A stretch of DNA of 64,000 nucleotides from Paraspadella gotoi (taxonomy: Eukaryota; Animalia; Chaetognatha): the NCBI GenBank assembly GCA_051294375.1, contig CM119264.1, positions 24,897,952 through 24,961,951 on the forward strand. Direction: 5' to 3'. The notes under the pieces were generated by a model. That model ran no database searches. It was not told the DNA's origin and was given only the letters and a program-made list of their open reading frames with translations. The stretch's first letter is position 1; every line of letters starts with the position of its first letter. Of the stretch, positions 29,436-41,150 are shown piece by piece. Made by a program: the position numbers and the translations under genes.

Positions 29436-30084
29436 CTTTTTGCCTCCCGTGTTTACAAGTCCACATCCTTTTCATCTCATTTTTTCCCGCGCTTTATCTT
29501 TTGTCTCAACCTGTCTTTCGTTCGTGACTTCATTTTCTCTTTTCATATCTCATTTTAGACTAAACTATTTCTAAATGTTCTTATAGTTTAGCTGTTCTTA
29601 TCTTTTTAGTCTTTTAATTTCGTTCTCTTCATTTCAATTCCATATTTTCTGATTTTATCTGATGTCTTTTTTAATTTTTAAAACATTTTTTACACTCCCC
29701 TTCAATTTCTCTTTGATTTTGGTTTTAACATAAACGAAGTAAGAGAGACGAGCTTGCAATTATTTTCCTTCTCGGACGACAAATGTTCAGAACTTTGTTC
29801 TAACTCGTTATACTTCGTTTTTTCTACTTGGTTTTTGAATAATTTCTATGTAAGTTTTTGAATATTTTTAGTTCTTGCATCTACTCCTAACTTAAGTAAT
29901 ACTTTACGTATATTTTTCATAGTATTTCTATTCATTTTTTTCATTCTTTTCAATTTTTTTATCTCATCCCTGTTGCCTAGATTAATGAGCTGCTCGTTTA
30001 TGGACAAAAAAGTGAATTTCCTGACCACTGCCGCTGCCGCTGCTGCTGCCCCCGTCGCCGCCGCCGCCGCGGCCGGAGACTCAA

Positions 30085-30386
30085 TCCTTAATCTCTACTC
30101 CTCTCTATCTTTTCCTGTCAGATTGTGAGTTCGCTTTTGTGTGAATCTGCGTGTTCGGATATCTGTGGATAAGGCGCAACGTGGGCTGAAGATGACTGTC
30201 CGTAACTTCTATAACCCCCTCTAGCAGCCATGGAACGGGTCCCTGGGCTTGGAACCAGGCTTGAGGGTTTGCCATGCCCCCAAGGCGGCTTACGGCCGTC
30301 CTCACGCTTCCCGCAGGGTAGGTACCGGGTTGGGATTGAACCCGGTACCTAGTGGTCATGAGCTTTACTCAATGAGCCACCGGGTC
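30085..30386 (-). mobile_element. tRNA-derived SINE
   Basis: On the minus strand, A-box-like TGGCTCATTGAG (about 30379-30368) and B box GGTTCAATCCC (30342-30332), then about 250 bp of non-tRNA body. No complete cloverleaf. 3' end approximate. Confidence 0.7.
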
Positions 30387-30764
30387 ACAACTGAAAGTGT
30401 CATGATTCTAGGCGGGGTGAACCTAGGCAATGCCCGACTACATATCTCCCACCTCGTAAATGTTAAACAGGGAGAGAAATAGGGACGCACCAAGCGAGAT
30501 AGTGAGAGAGAGCCGCCTTGGCTTTTGACATTATTCCTTTCATTTCCATTCGTTGTCGTTTTCTTTATTCTTATTTTTTAATAAATTCTCTCTCTTGTCG
30601 TCTCCTTTAAAATTCTCCCTTCGCTCGCTCTCCCTCGGGCTTTCATTTAATGTTTTGTCTCCATTCTGGGTTTCGACTTTGCAGCCTCTTCCGAAATTCC
30701 GACCGAGAAGAGAGACGCGAAATTCTTTTCTTTTGAGGACCGGGTGAAATAAAAGAGAAATAAA

Positions 30765-30822
<58 letters not shown>

Positions 30823-31752
30823 GATGTTATGGCAAGAGATTTTGTTTTTCCGGTTTATCCCCAGATTTTCGCTCCTCTGTTGCTAGGATTCTCTCTTGGT
30901 GCTCGTGATAACCTTTTCTAATAAAATGTAATGTTTGTTTTTAATCTTTCATTTTTCCGGCGGCTGCTTCGGCGGCGCCGCGTCAGAGGCGGCTGCGGAG
31001 GCGGAGGCGGCGGCGGTTTTTCAGTTGGGAGGGAATTTTTGAAATGAGGAAAAAATTCAGAAAGTTTGCTTTTGGATTCATGGGCTGGATAATTATGCGA
31101 TTCTAAAATCTCCGGATGAGCACGTCTTACTTTTTCACTACGGAGGGTTTAGCATAAAAGCTGCAAAATTTATAACCTTACTATATATATCCCGAATATT
31201 AAAAAAAACTTCTACAAACGAGATTAAAATCCCTAAATCATGGTTTAAAATAATTTAAAATATCTTAACATCAACATTCCGATCAGAAATGAGTCTGTCA
31301 TATAAAAAAATATTAATTTCTCTCACTTTCAAGAAAGGCAATTTCTCGCGGATTTTATTGCCAGTCGTGGCGGTTGCTCGAGACCCCGATAAAAATTGAT
31401 TATATGAGTAGCAATACAGATTTTATGTTGGTTATAAAAGATCACGATTATTGAAGGAAAAACGCTGTGATACAAAAAAGTATCGATTGTATATTTTTTA
31501 ACTATATCTCATATTAAATTTCGATCATCGAAGCACGAAAAGCGAAAAAATTCTATTGTTTTCCTTTCGCCCTCTCGCGAGAGACTCATACTTTGTCCAA
31601 ACATTCTCAGAAAAACAAACTGTTTTAGAGCGAATATAAACACGAGAGAGAAAAACCAAAGGCACGTGCAAAAACAGGTGTCGCCCTTAAACGTCAACCG
31701 TAAAAACGATGGAGAAAACAAAGAAGTCAGGGCGTTGGAAGGTCATAAAAAA

Positions 31753-31805
<53 letters not shown>

Positions 31806-32504
31806 TTCCATTTCATTCTTTAGGGGGGGGGAGAGATTTATGGATTTCATTGAAGTGGCCATTACCCAGATTTGCTTCCACAAAATGAAGGGAATCATCT
31901 ATAACTCGAGAATCGTTCTTCCCTCGACTGGGCGTGGGTGACGCTGTTGACGCCAGGGTGACGCTGTGGCGCCAGAATGACGCTGTTGACAGGATGGTGA
32001 GGCAAATTGCTTGAAAATGGTTAAATCTTTGGGAGGAAACTGAGTGTGACAAAAACAAGAAAAAGAGTAAGTTAAGCTGACTGAGATGTGAAAGACTGAC
32101 TAAATCCTGGGTCTCCAATGAGAAAAAACAACATCCAACAAAGATAAGAAAACCTTAAATTATTTAACTGAATTTTTTTAAAAAATTTAAAATTCTATAT
32201 AAAAATTTTTTTGATTTTTTTCGTCGAAAAAAAAATGAGTAAAGGCCCAACAAAATTATAAAAAAAGACATTTTACTCAGTTTTTGATTTTTTTCGTTTT
32301 TTTCCCATTGTTAAGGAAAACAACAACAACAACGGCAACAACAGCGCGCGCATCCAGTTGCTCCCTGGCGCCGCACGAACCAGACTCTCTCTCTCTCTAT
32401 CTCTCTCTCTCCAGTTCCGGTTTTCTTGACCCCAGCAATAATCCACCTTTACCACTTGGGTTCATTTTTCTCCCTCGCTCTGTCAATCTCTTCCGCCGCA
32501 TTCG

Positions 32505-32725
32505 CCAGCCTCTCACCCTGACATCCTCTCATCTTCTCACCCTCACATCCTCTCATCTTCTCACCCTCTCATCCTCTCAACCTCTCACCCTGTCATCCTC
32601 TCACCCTCTCATCCTTTCATCCTCTCACCCTCTCATCCGCTCATCCTCTCATCCCTTATCTTCTTACCTTCTCATCCTCACCCTCTCACCTCTCATCCTC
32701 TCACCCTCTCATCCTCTCACCTTCT
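32505..32725 (+). repeat. 8-bp-period pyrimidine-rich minisatellite (TCATCCTC/TCACCCTC)
   Basis: Directly visible tandem units. Confidence 0.85.
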
Positions 32726-33039
32726 TTCCTTTTTCACCTCAGTTCACTCTTTATTCTCACCTTGCTTCCTTTTCTTTTTTCTTTTAACTTTCACAATTTC
32801 CCCATAACCCTTCATTCCACTAACTTCTCTCTCTCTCTGTCTCACTTCCCTATCTTCCCCTTCATACCTCTCTCACCTGTTCCCCCAGCCTCCCCTACCC
32901 TAACCTCTCCCCCACTCTCTCCCTCAACCCCAACTCCCTCGGCCTCTCCTCCCAAGCGCATTTTTCACGCGTTGCATCAACTCACTTACGCGAGATGACG
33001 CGCGCTATTTCCGGACGACCACGAAAATTCCTCTCTCTC

Positions 33040-33113
<74 letters not shown>

Positions 33114-33199
33114 CAACTCAACAAAGCACAGAGTTGATTTGAAAAACGAGTTTAGGTTTATTTCCCTTCGATCCTCATTTTTTTCCGTCCTTCTCGTCT

Positions 33200-33390
33200 G
33201 TCTCTTCTCTTCTCTTCTCTTCTTTTCTCTTTTCTTCTCTTTTCTTCTCTTTTCTTCTCTTCTCTTCTCTTTTTTACTCTTCTCTTCTATTCTATTCTAT
33301 TCTATTCTATTCTATTCTATTCTATTCTATTCTATTCTATTCTATTCTATTCTATTCTATTTTATTCGCTTCTCTTCTCTTCTCTTTCCT
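33200..33390 (+). repeat. (TTCTC)n/(TTCTA)n pentanucleotide repeat
   Basis: Directly visible; accounts for much of the 32995-33918 ORF. Confidence 0.9.
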
Positions 33391-33769
33391 GCTCCGCTTT
33401 TCTCTTATTCTCTTTTCTGTATTCTTTTCTTAAATCTTATCTTTTATCTATTTATCTTTTCTACTTTTCTATTCTTTTCTCGTCTCCTGTTTTGTTTTTG
33501 TTTCTCTTTTCATTTCCATCTTTTCTTCGCTTCCAGAATTGGTAAACTATTTTCTTTATCAGTTTTTTCTTACTTTTTCTTTTTTTCTTTATCTTTCCAT
33601 CTCTCAGTCAACTTCTCAAATACTTTCCACTCCCTCTTTCGCTTCCACTCTCAAATTCACCTCCAGTTCTACTCTCAAATTCAATTACGCTGGTTTCCCC
33701 CTTTTCCCCATTTTCTCCCCCTTTCACCCCAAAGCCACCCCCACCTCTCCTCACCCCCTTTTCTCCACC

Positions 33770-33947
33770 CAGCGACGGCGACAAATCGACAGGCGACCTC
33801 GTCCCCTTCTCGTTGCGCCTGGGATTTCCCGGTGACATCCGGGAGGCCGACGCCGAGGTCGTCCACGAGGGCGGAATCGCCGATGGCGATGAAGCCGGTT
33901 ACATCCGGACTCTGGTGACGAATGCGCGGATGGACGAGAAAGGACAT
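33770..33947 (-). CDS. Possible coding exon of an unidentified gene
   Basis: GC-rich island reading MSFLVHPRIRHQSPDVTGFIAIGDSALVDDLGVGLPDVTGKSQAQREGDEVACRFVAVA; no recognised family and no downstream exon found. Confidence 0.25.
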
Positions 33948-35111
33948 CGGCTTCGTCGTCGTCGTCGGCGTTGTTGTTGTTGGGGAATAATCAAAAAAGC
34001 ACAACCGAGAAATGACTCTTCGATGTATGGGATATAAAACGAATCAGAAACGACAGTGAGGAATTGAAATTCTTTTTCGATTCGCGTGGCGATTCATTAT
34101 TCTCACCCGCAGTCCTTACCCAACACTACAGGTCTGCGAGTGAGAAAAGAAATTTTCATTGGTTGACGACAACAAATCTTACCACGTCCCACCTTTAAAG
34201 TCTTTGCCCTATGAGTCCAACTCGGCCGATCCCCACAACCGCTTTACCATGACCCTTTCCACTAACCAGCAAATCGACCAAGAAGAAATTTTCCCCCTAT
34301 CGGCGTCGAAAACACAAAAAAGACTAACGGCGACGTCGACGGCGCGGAAATCGCCTTCAACGGCGCCACCAACGCCTCCGCGTTTTGAGGCGGCGTCGCT
34401 GCGGCTCAGGTTCTCCCGGAGTCACGTTTTCCAGATGGCAGGCGCGGCGGTCGGCCGGCGTCGGCGCCCGATATATGGGCCCATGACTCGAAGGAGATTC
34501 TCACCCGGAGACGAATCCATTTCCGGTTGAGGGAATCTGCCATCTGGTGGGGAAAGGGGAGGGAGGGGGGAGGGGGGGGAAAGGAGAAGAGGAGGAAAAG
34601 GGGAGGAATAGTTGTGAATGTTAAGAGTCTGAAGGAGTGGAGGAAAAAAGTAAAAAAGAATAGAAAAGAGGGAATACGAAGAGGTTGAACCGAAGGGACG
34701 AGGTAGAATATTATTAAATAAGGGGGATATAGAAAAAGGGGAAAAAGAAAAGGAGGAAAAACAAAGAAAGAAGGAAAAATACTAAGTGGGAAGGAAGAGT
34801 GGGAAGGGGAAGAGAAAGAGGAGGGAGAAACGAAAAGGAAAACGGAAATGAGATTGGGGAAACAAATTGAGTTGAGAGGGAAGTAGAAGGGAGGCGATGT
34901 GGTAGGCAGAAAACTGGGAAAGTGATAACAATTGTTATTGGTTAACGATGTAGATTTAATATACAAAAACATACTATGCTAAAATGGTAAAAGTGGAAAC
35001 TTCCATGAAAAACACTTATGACGATACTGCAAATTCAAAATTTGTGTCTTTCCGCTTTTTAAAATCGGGCTTTGTAAATTTTAGGACCATTAAGATAACT
35101 ATCTCTCTCTC

Positions 35112-35201
<90 letters not shown>

Positions 35202-36878
35202 AGACTTAATGTTGGAGGAATCTCCCAATCATTTCTGCTTTTCTCTCAGGATTTTATCTCCGAATAGTCAGGCGCCAACCAGAGAGCGATTCAGACGCAG
35301 AAAGATTTTTAAAGAGGAGGAAAAAGAGAGAGAGAGAAAAGAGAAGAAAAATGAGCTAAAAAAAAGTAAAAGTAAAATAAAAAGGGGGAAAAAAAGGAAA
35401 AGCCTCGTCCCACCATAAAAAATCTCACCAAATAATCTCGTCTTTTATCCCTCAGTCCGAAATTCGTCTGCCTTTATTTTCTTTATGGTTGTCTTTTTCC
35501 TCTTTAAGTTTTTATAGGAGTTAATATTTTATCAGTTTTTTGTTATTCTGGGATTCTTTTTGGTTGGGGAGTTATAGGTATACATAATAACTAGTGTTAA
35601 TGAATTTCGTTTTCAAGATTATGATATCAACTATAACAAAAATGTTGATTATTATTGTACTAAATCAACCTTGTTGAATTCTAATAAAATCGCATGTATA
35701 TTAAAATCTTTATTCAAGTATTCTACTTTCCTTCAAGAAGTGTTTTTTCTTCTAATTATTCTTGTAAAAAATAAAAGATATTTATCCCTGCTATTTCCCT
35801 CCCCGGCTTATATCTCTCTTCTCTGCTCTTATCTTTCCTTTTTTGCTCTTTTCTTTTTGGTTTAATCTCTACTCCATCTCATTTTATCATAAATTCATTC
35901 GCTCGTCTTTCTTTTTTTATTTAGGATTTTTTTCCATCTTTGTTACTGGAACTTGTTAGTGGACTTTGCTTCATTCTTTCACTTGTAATTTTAAAACTAT
36001 TTAATTTTTTGTTTTCGAAATCGAAAACTTTACGATTTTTCGAAGAGGTATAGCGATAGCCACTTTCTCACTTTCTCCACCATTCAAAACGTTTAGTTTA
36101 AGAAAGAAAAAAAAACAACCTAAAGAAAGAAATAGGGGGAAAAAAACATTGACCTCACGAAATCTTTTTAATGGTTCAACGACTTGGAAACGAAACAAAA
36201 AATCATAAAAGACTTTTTGATCTCGAAGACAAAAATCGGGGTCATCGAAGATTGAGAGAGTCGAATGGTCAACATAGTCAAAAGGTCGAGTGGTCAAAAT
36301 GGTCCAAACGGTCAGGGTCGAAGATACGAGGGGAACAAGTGGAACGACGACGAGACTGAGTTCCTTGACCCAAAATAGAAAAGAGAAATTAGGGACAAAA
36401 GAAACCACGACGACGACCATGAGGATGACGACGACGACGACGACGACAAAAACAATGAGGACGAAGACGACGACTCAATAGGAAGAAAAGCTTCCAGCTT
36501 GGCGTCTTCGAAGACTTCGACGGGCTGTTGCTGTTTTCGTTGTTGCCTCTGCTGTAGTCGAAGCCCCAGACAAAAACAAAAATCTCAGGTGAATGAAATG
36601 GAAGCCGATTTAAACGTCACGTGACTACCAAGTCTCACCAGGTCGATTCATTCGGTCCGAAGACGCGAGGTCAAATCTATGGTACCGGTCTCTCTTAGGC
36701 CATTGTTGTTGTTGTCGTCGTCCTCTCACTGAAGTCAATATTCGCGACGAAAATTCGACTGAGAATCAGTCACGATTTTGATTTCGACGCAGACAGAACC
36801 AAAAGGAAAATTCTGAATCCAATATTTTTTTGGAAGACAAAACTTAACAATTTCTCATCCGATTTATTTAAAAAAAAA

Positions 36879-37553
36879 ATGTCTCCTTACCTCCTCACCC
36901 TTTCCATCGTCTTCTGCCTGACCCTGTCCGTCCTCGGCTGCGGACGAGACGATCACTCCAGCTCAGGCAGTGACTATTATCATCACTACCATCACTACGG
37001 CGGCTACTATGAGCCTTACTTCACCTACTACCCTTCCTTCTATCCTTCCTACTCCTACGACTGGTACGATCCTTACTACTACTACGCCGCCCGCCCCGCC
37101 CGACGCGTTTCCCCGCTCCAGCTGGCCCTGGCCAAGACTCGCAACAAGGTCGTCGTCCACGACGCCTCTTGGACCGACTCCAACTGCACTTACGAGTTGA
37201 CAACCTCGCCGGCACTGTCCTGGGTCGACGCCCGCGACGCCTGCAACAAGCGCGGCGCTCTTCTGGGGGTGGTGGCGTCGGCGGCGGCGTCGGAGCGCGT
37301 GGCGGAGGAATTCGCCGTCAACGCCACGGAAGCGGCGTCTTTCTGGATCGGCGCCAGCGACAACGCCAACGAGGAGATTTGGGGTTGGGTCGATGGAAAA
37401 GTCATGGATTTTGCGGATTGGACCAAGACGCCGGACGGAGGGAAGATGGAAAACTGCGCCGCCTTTGACATTGGCGTCAACGCTGTCCAGAGCGGAAGAT
37501 GGAACGACGAAGACTGCGACGAAAAGAAAGCGTATCTTTGTCAAAAGTGTTAA
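36879..37553 (+). CDS. Secreted C-type lectin domain protein with Tyr/His-rich N-terminal segment, single coding exon, 224 aa
   Basis: Signal peptide; CTLD hallmarks SWVDARDAC, FWIG, WVDG, ENC, GRWNDEDC, AYLCQK; GC-rich codons against AT-rich flanks. Confidence 0.95.
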   Translation: MSPYLLTLSIVFCLTLSVLGCGRDDHSSSGSDYYHHYHHYGGYYEPYFTYYPSFYPSYSYDWYDPYYYYAARPARRVSPLQLALAKTRNKVVVHDASWTDSNCTYELTTSPALSWVDARDACNKRGALLGVVASAAASERVAEEFAVNATEAASFWIGASDNANEEIWGWVDGKVMDFADWTKTPDGGKMENCAAFDIGVNAVQSGRWNDEDCDEKKAYLCQKC

Positions 37554-38445
37554 GAACTTGGAACACGTGCGACGAGTGACTCATGGGAAGTTGTAAATTA
37601 CAACTTGTAATTTAGCTTGTTTCTACCTAACTGTAACAATTTAGATTGACATAAATATGCAGATTATCGTTTGCTCTTTTTAAGTTTGATGTTAATTTTA
37701 TTTTGGGGTTAAATTTTAAATTTATCTTTATATATTTGAATATTTTAGTTTTTGTACACAATTTACAGGTATACCTGTATATAATTATTTTCAACTAAGT
37801 AGATAGTAGAACTTTTCTTTACTGATTTTGTAACCGTTTTGATGTCAGTTAAGATTTTCTAGTGTATGATTTGTTGCTTGTTAAGTGACTGTTGAGTAAT
37901 TAAATTTCATTTAGCTGATTTTCTGTGTTTTTATTAACAAAAAAAAACGGCTTCCGATTCGTTGGTTTACAACTCGAAACCCAAAACAAAACAGTTCTTT
38001 GTTATATGACAAGAAAAAAAAAGATTTTAAACTTAATGCTTTGTGCATGTCCCAGATTTGTTTAGGATTTCAAACTTGGCCACTTGATTGGTATATTTAT
38101 AATTGAAATAGTCATACTAGTACTACTTGTACTACTACTATCGTGTGAAAAAAAAAACAAAAAAAAAAAACGCGCCACTTTATAATTTTAAATTCCAAAC
38201 GCTTTGTAAGAATATTTTAAAAAAATTATATAAAGTTTTTTAAAAAACAATGTATATAAATTTATGTTCGGTCAAGTGGTATAAGAGATATGATTTTTTA
38301 AACTTGGAAAAAAAAAGAAGGGGAAATCGAATTTTATTTAAAAGAATAATTGCCCAGTGATTCATCTTATTTTTGAATAACCTTAAAATTATTATATTTA
38401 GAAATCTGGGTTATTCTGGTTACTACTACTTCTATCCCTCAATAA

Positions 38446-38486
<41 letters not shown>

Positions 38487-38579
38487 ACACCCCCACCTTC
38501 TCCATATTCGCCTTTCCTCTTGTGATCGAAGGGGTTGGGAGCCGTTGACCCTCACAACCAGAATCTGCCGATCAGTCGC

Positions 38580-38614
<35 letters not shown>

Positions 38615-39642
38615 TTTAGTATTGCAACTACTCTCTGCAACTTATGGTTCAAGGAAAAAATGAACAAAGAGCGTATGATATTTTTCATGAAAAATAATTT
38701 TCTCAAGACCGTCCAATTAAGAAGTTATATACCTACCAATGAGAGAGAGAGAGGGAGAGAGATATGGAGGAGAGAGAGCCCTCTTCATTTAAAAAAAAGC
38801 CCAAAAAGAAGCGGGGAAAAAAGCGAGTGATGGATGAGATTTCTCACCGCCCAGGACGCGGCCTCGACGCCAGCGGCGGCGGCGGTGGCGGAAGCGGCTG
38901 AAGCGGCGGAAGCGGCGGGGAATGAAGCGACTCTACAGACTTTCCTCTTCAAGTCACGTGATTTTCCTTTTCTTTTTTTTTTTCAGTCCAATTTCCCTAT
39001 TTTTTTTCTTCACGAAAAAAAAAACCCGCAAAAAAGTGATGAAACTGAAAATTGGTAAAACCAATTCAAATATTAATTTACTTGAAAGCTGTTCGTTGAA
39101 AAATATAAGTATCTTTCATTGATTATGTAATAATAGATATATATACAATATATTAATATATTACGTAATTGTATTTAGGACTGATAAAGTAAACGAAATG
39201 TACTGAAAGTCAATCCAAACAGAAAAAATATCGTTTATTCAGTTTCGAGTTCAGAGAGAGAGAATGAAAGAATGAAAGAATGAAAGAATATAAGAAAGAA
39301 AAAAGATAGAATGAAAGAATGAAAGAAAGAAAAGAAGAAAGAATGAAAGATTGAGAGATAGAGAGAGAGCTTTTTTCCATATCCCGACGACGAGCACGTT
39401 TTTGACAGTTTTTTTTTCTCGGCGAAATGTTTACATTTATTTGGCTGAAGAGACAGACTTATTTACATTTATTCCTGGTAAATATATGCGTCGCCACGTC
39501 GTCGCTCTCCTTTTCGTACTACTTCGCTTTTTTCCAATTTTTTTCTTTCTACTTTTGTGTTGAGTTTTTTTTTTTGTCCTTCGTGAGAGGTTCGCAGTCT
39601 CTCTGTCTTTCTGTCCATATGTGTATCTTTTTCTATCTTTCA

Positions 39643-39685
<43 letters not shown>

Positions 39686-39705
39686 CTCTCCTCTCTTCTC
39701 TCTCT

Positions 39706-39758
<53 letters not shown>

Positions 39759-39991
39759 CTTCTCTGTCCGCTCCTCATCCTCTCCTATTTTTTTAGGCCA
39801 AATAAATCCTCTTTTTTTTGCCTTCAAGGCGCAACGATAATCTTCTTGAATGAATGGTTCATGAGGGCAAGTAAAGACAGTTATGGGAAGACAGAAAAGA
39901 GAGAGAGAGAGAGGATTGAGGAGGGAAGGAGGAGGAGAGAAAACAGAAAGAAAGTAAGGAGCGAGAAAACAATTGAATAAGGGCGAAAGTT

Positions 39992-40073
<82 letters not shown>

Positions 40074-40819
40074 ACAGACAAAGAAAGAAAGGAGAGACAG
40101 AGGAGGACAGACAGAGAGAGAGACAGAGAGTGGTAGGGAAGGGGGAGGGGCCTTCTTTTCTTCGAGTCTTGAAAAGAAAAGATTGAAGCCGCGAGTCGTC
40201 AGGACCGACGAGAAGTCGCGACGACTCGAAATGTGAATGGGTGGGCGACTTGAAAGCCACTGTGGGGGAAAAGGAGGTTTTGAGATATGAGAAAGGCAGG
40301 AGAGATCGTGGGCGACGAGAAAGACTTGTGGGGACGAGGAGTATAGCGGAAGGGACTCGTGATTGAGTTAGGTAAGTGAGAAAGTTGAGGAAAGGAGGAG
40401 AAAGTGGATGTCAAAAACTGTGATTACATCGACTAAAGTTCGATATCGATTCTCACCATGTGACTTTGGAATTCAAGCACCAAAATCACGCCGCCCTTTT
40501 GACAAGAGTCACAAGAATCACTCGGAAGTGAAAGTACCTCATGAATCGCGCTAATTGCTGATTGGCTGGAACGTTAGCCTACTGATTGTAGGGAGTCCAG
40601 GACTCATTGCTGATTTGACTCCCATTTTTTGTCTGACGAACCGCTGAGTGGACCCAAATTTGGTCGCGGTCCTTTTCAAGGAGAGACGAGCTGAGGACGT
40701 GACTTGAACTTAGCTTGAAAGACTCAGACATTAAGACTTGGACCTTGTCGGGACTTGAATCTTAGCACAAACAAGATGGTTTCATCCAAAGTGTTGCGTC
40801 GCAGTAACTTTATTTTCTC

Positions 40820-40890
40820 GTGACATGACATGACATAACCTGACAATATGTGACATGACGTGACATTACATGACTACATGACTACAATAA
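40820..40890 (+). repeat. (TGACA)n pentanucleotide repeat
   Basis: Directly visible, degenerate. Confidence 0.75.
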
Positions 40891-41059
40891 CTTTCTTAGC
40901 CTGACACGTACTGCATCGGAATTTCGTCTTTAATTTCTAACAGTTTTAGAATTTCTTGAAGGCGGCGCTAGCAGTCCCTTGCATTTGGGTTGTTCTTTTT
41001 TTTTGTCTTAACAAATGAGAAACTAACTATAGGCGAATAATGAGAATTTTGAACGTAAG

Positions 41060-41150
41060 TGAGACAGACATACCGACCGACAGACCGACCGAAAAGTGAC
41101 TTTTAGAGTTGCTCCGCGAGTACTCGCCAAGCCGTTCGTCAAACTAAATG
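41060..41150 (+). mobile_element. Possible end of a Helentron-associated (DINE-1/HINE-like) non-autonomous element
   Basis: (GACA/GACC)n tract followed by AAAGTGACTTTTAGAGTTGC and the short palindrome GCGAGTACTCGC; assignment by architecture only. Confidence 0.3.

Noticed and set aside
30315-30386. tRNA gene
   Set aside because: A and B boxes present but no full cloverleaf; treated as a SINE head.
32995-33918. 307-aa hydrophobic ORF resembling a membrane protein
   Set aside because: Made of TC, TTCTC and TTCTA repeats.
36963-37596. Overlapping alternative ORFs at the lectin gene (likewise 59057-59610 at the PTB gene)
   Set aside because: Shadow frames of GC-rich coding sequence.
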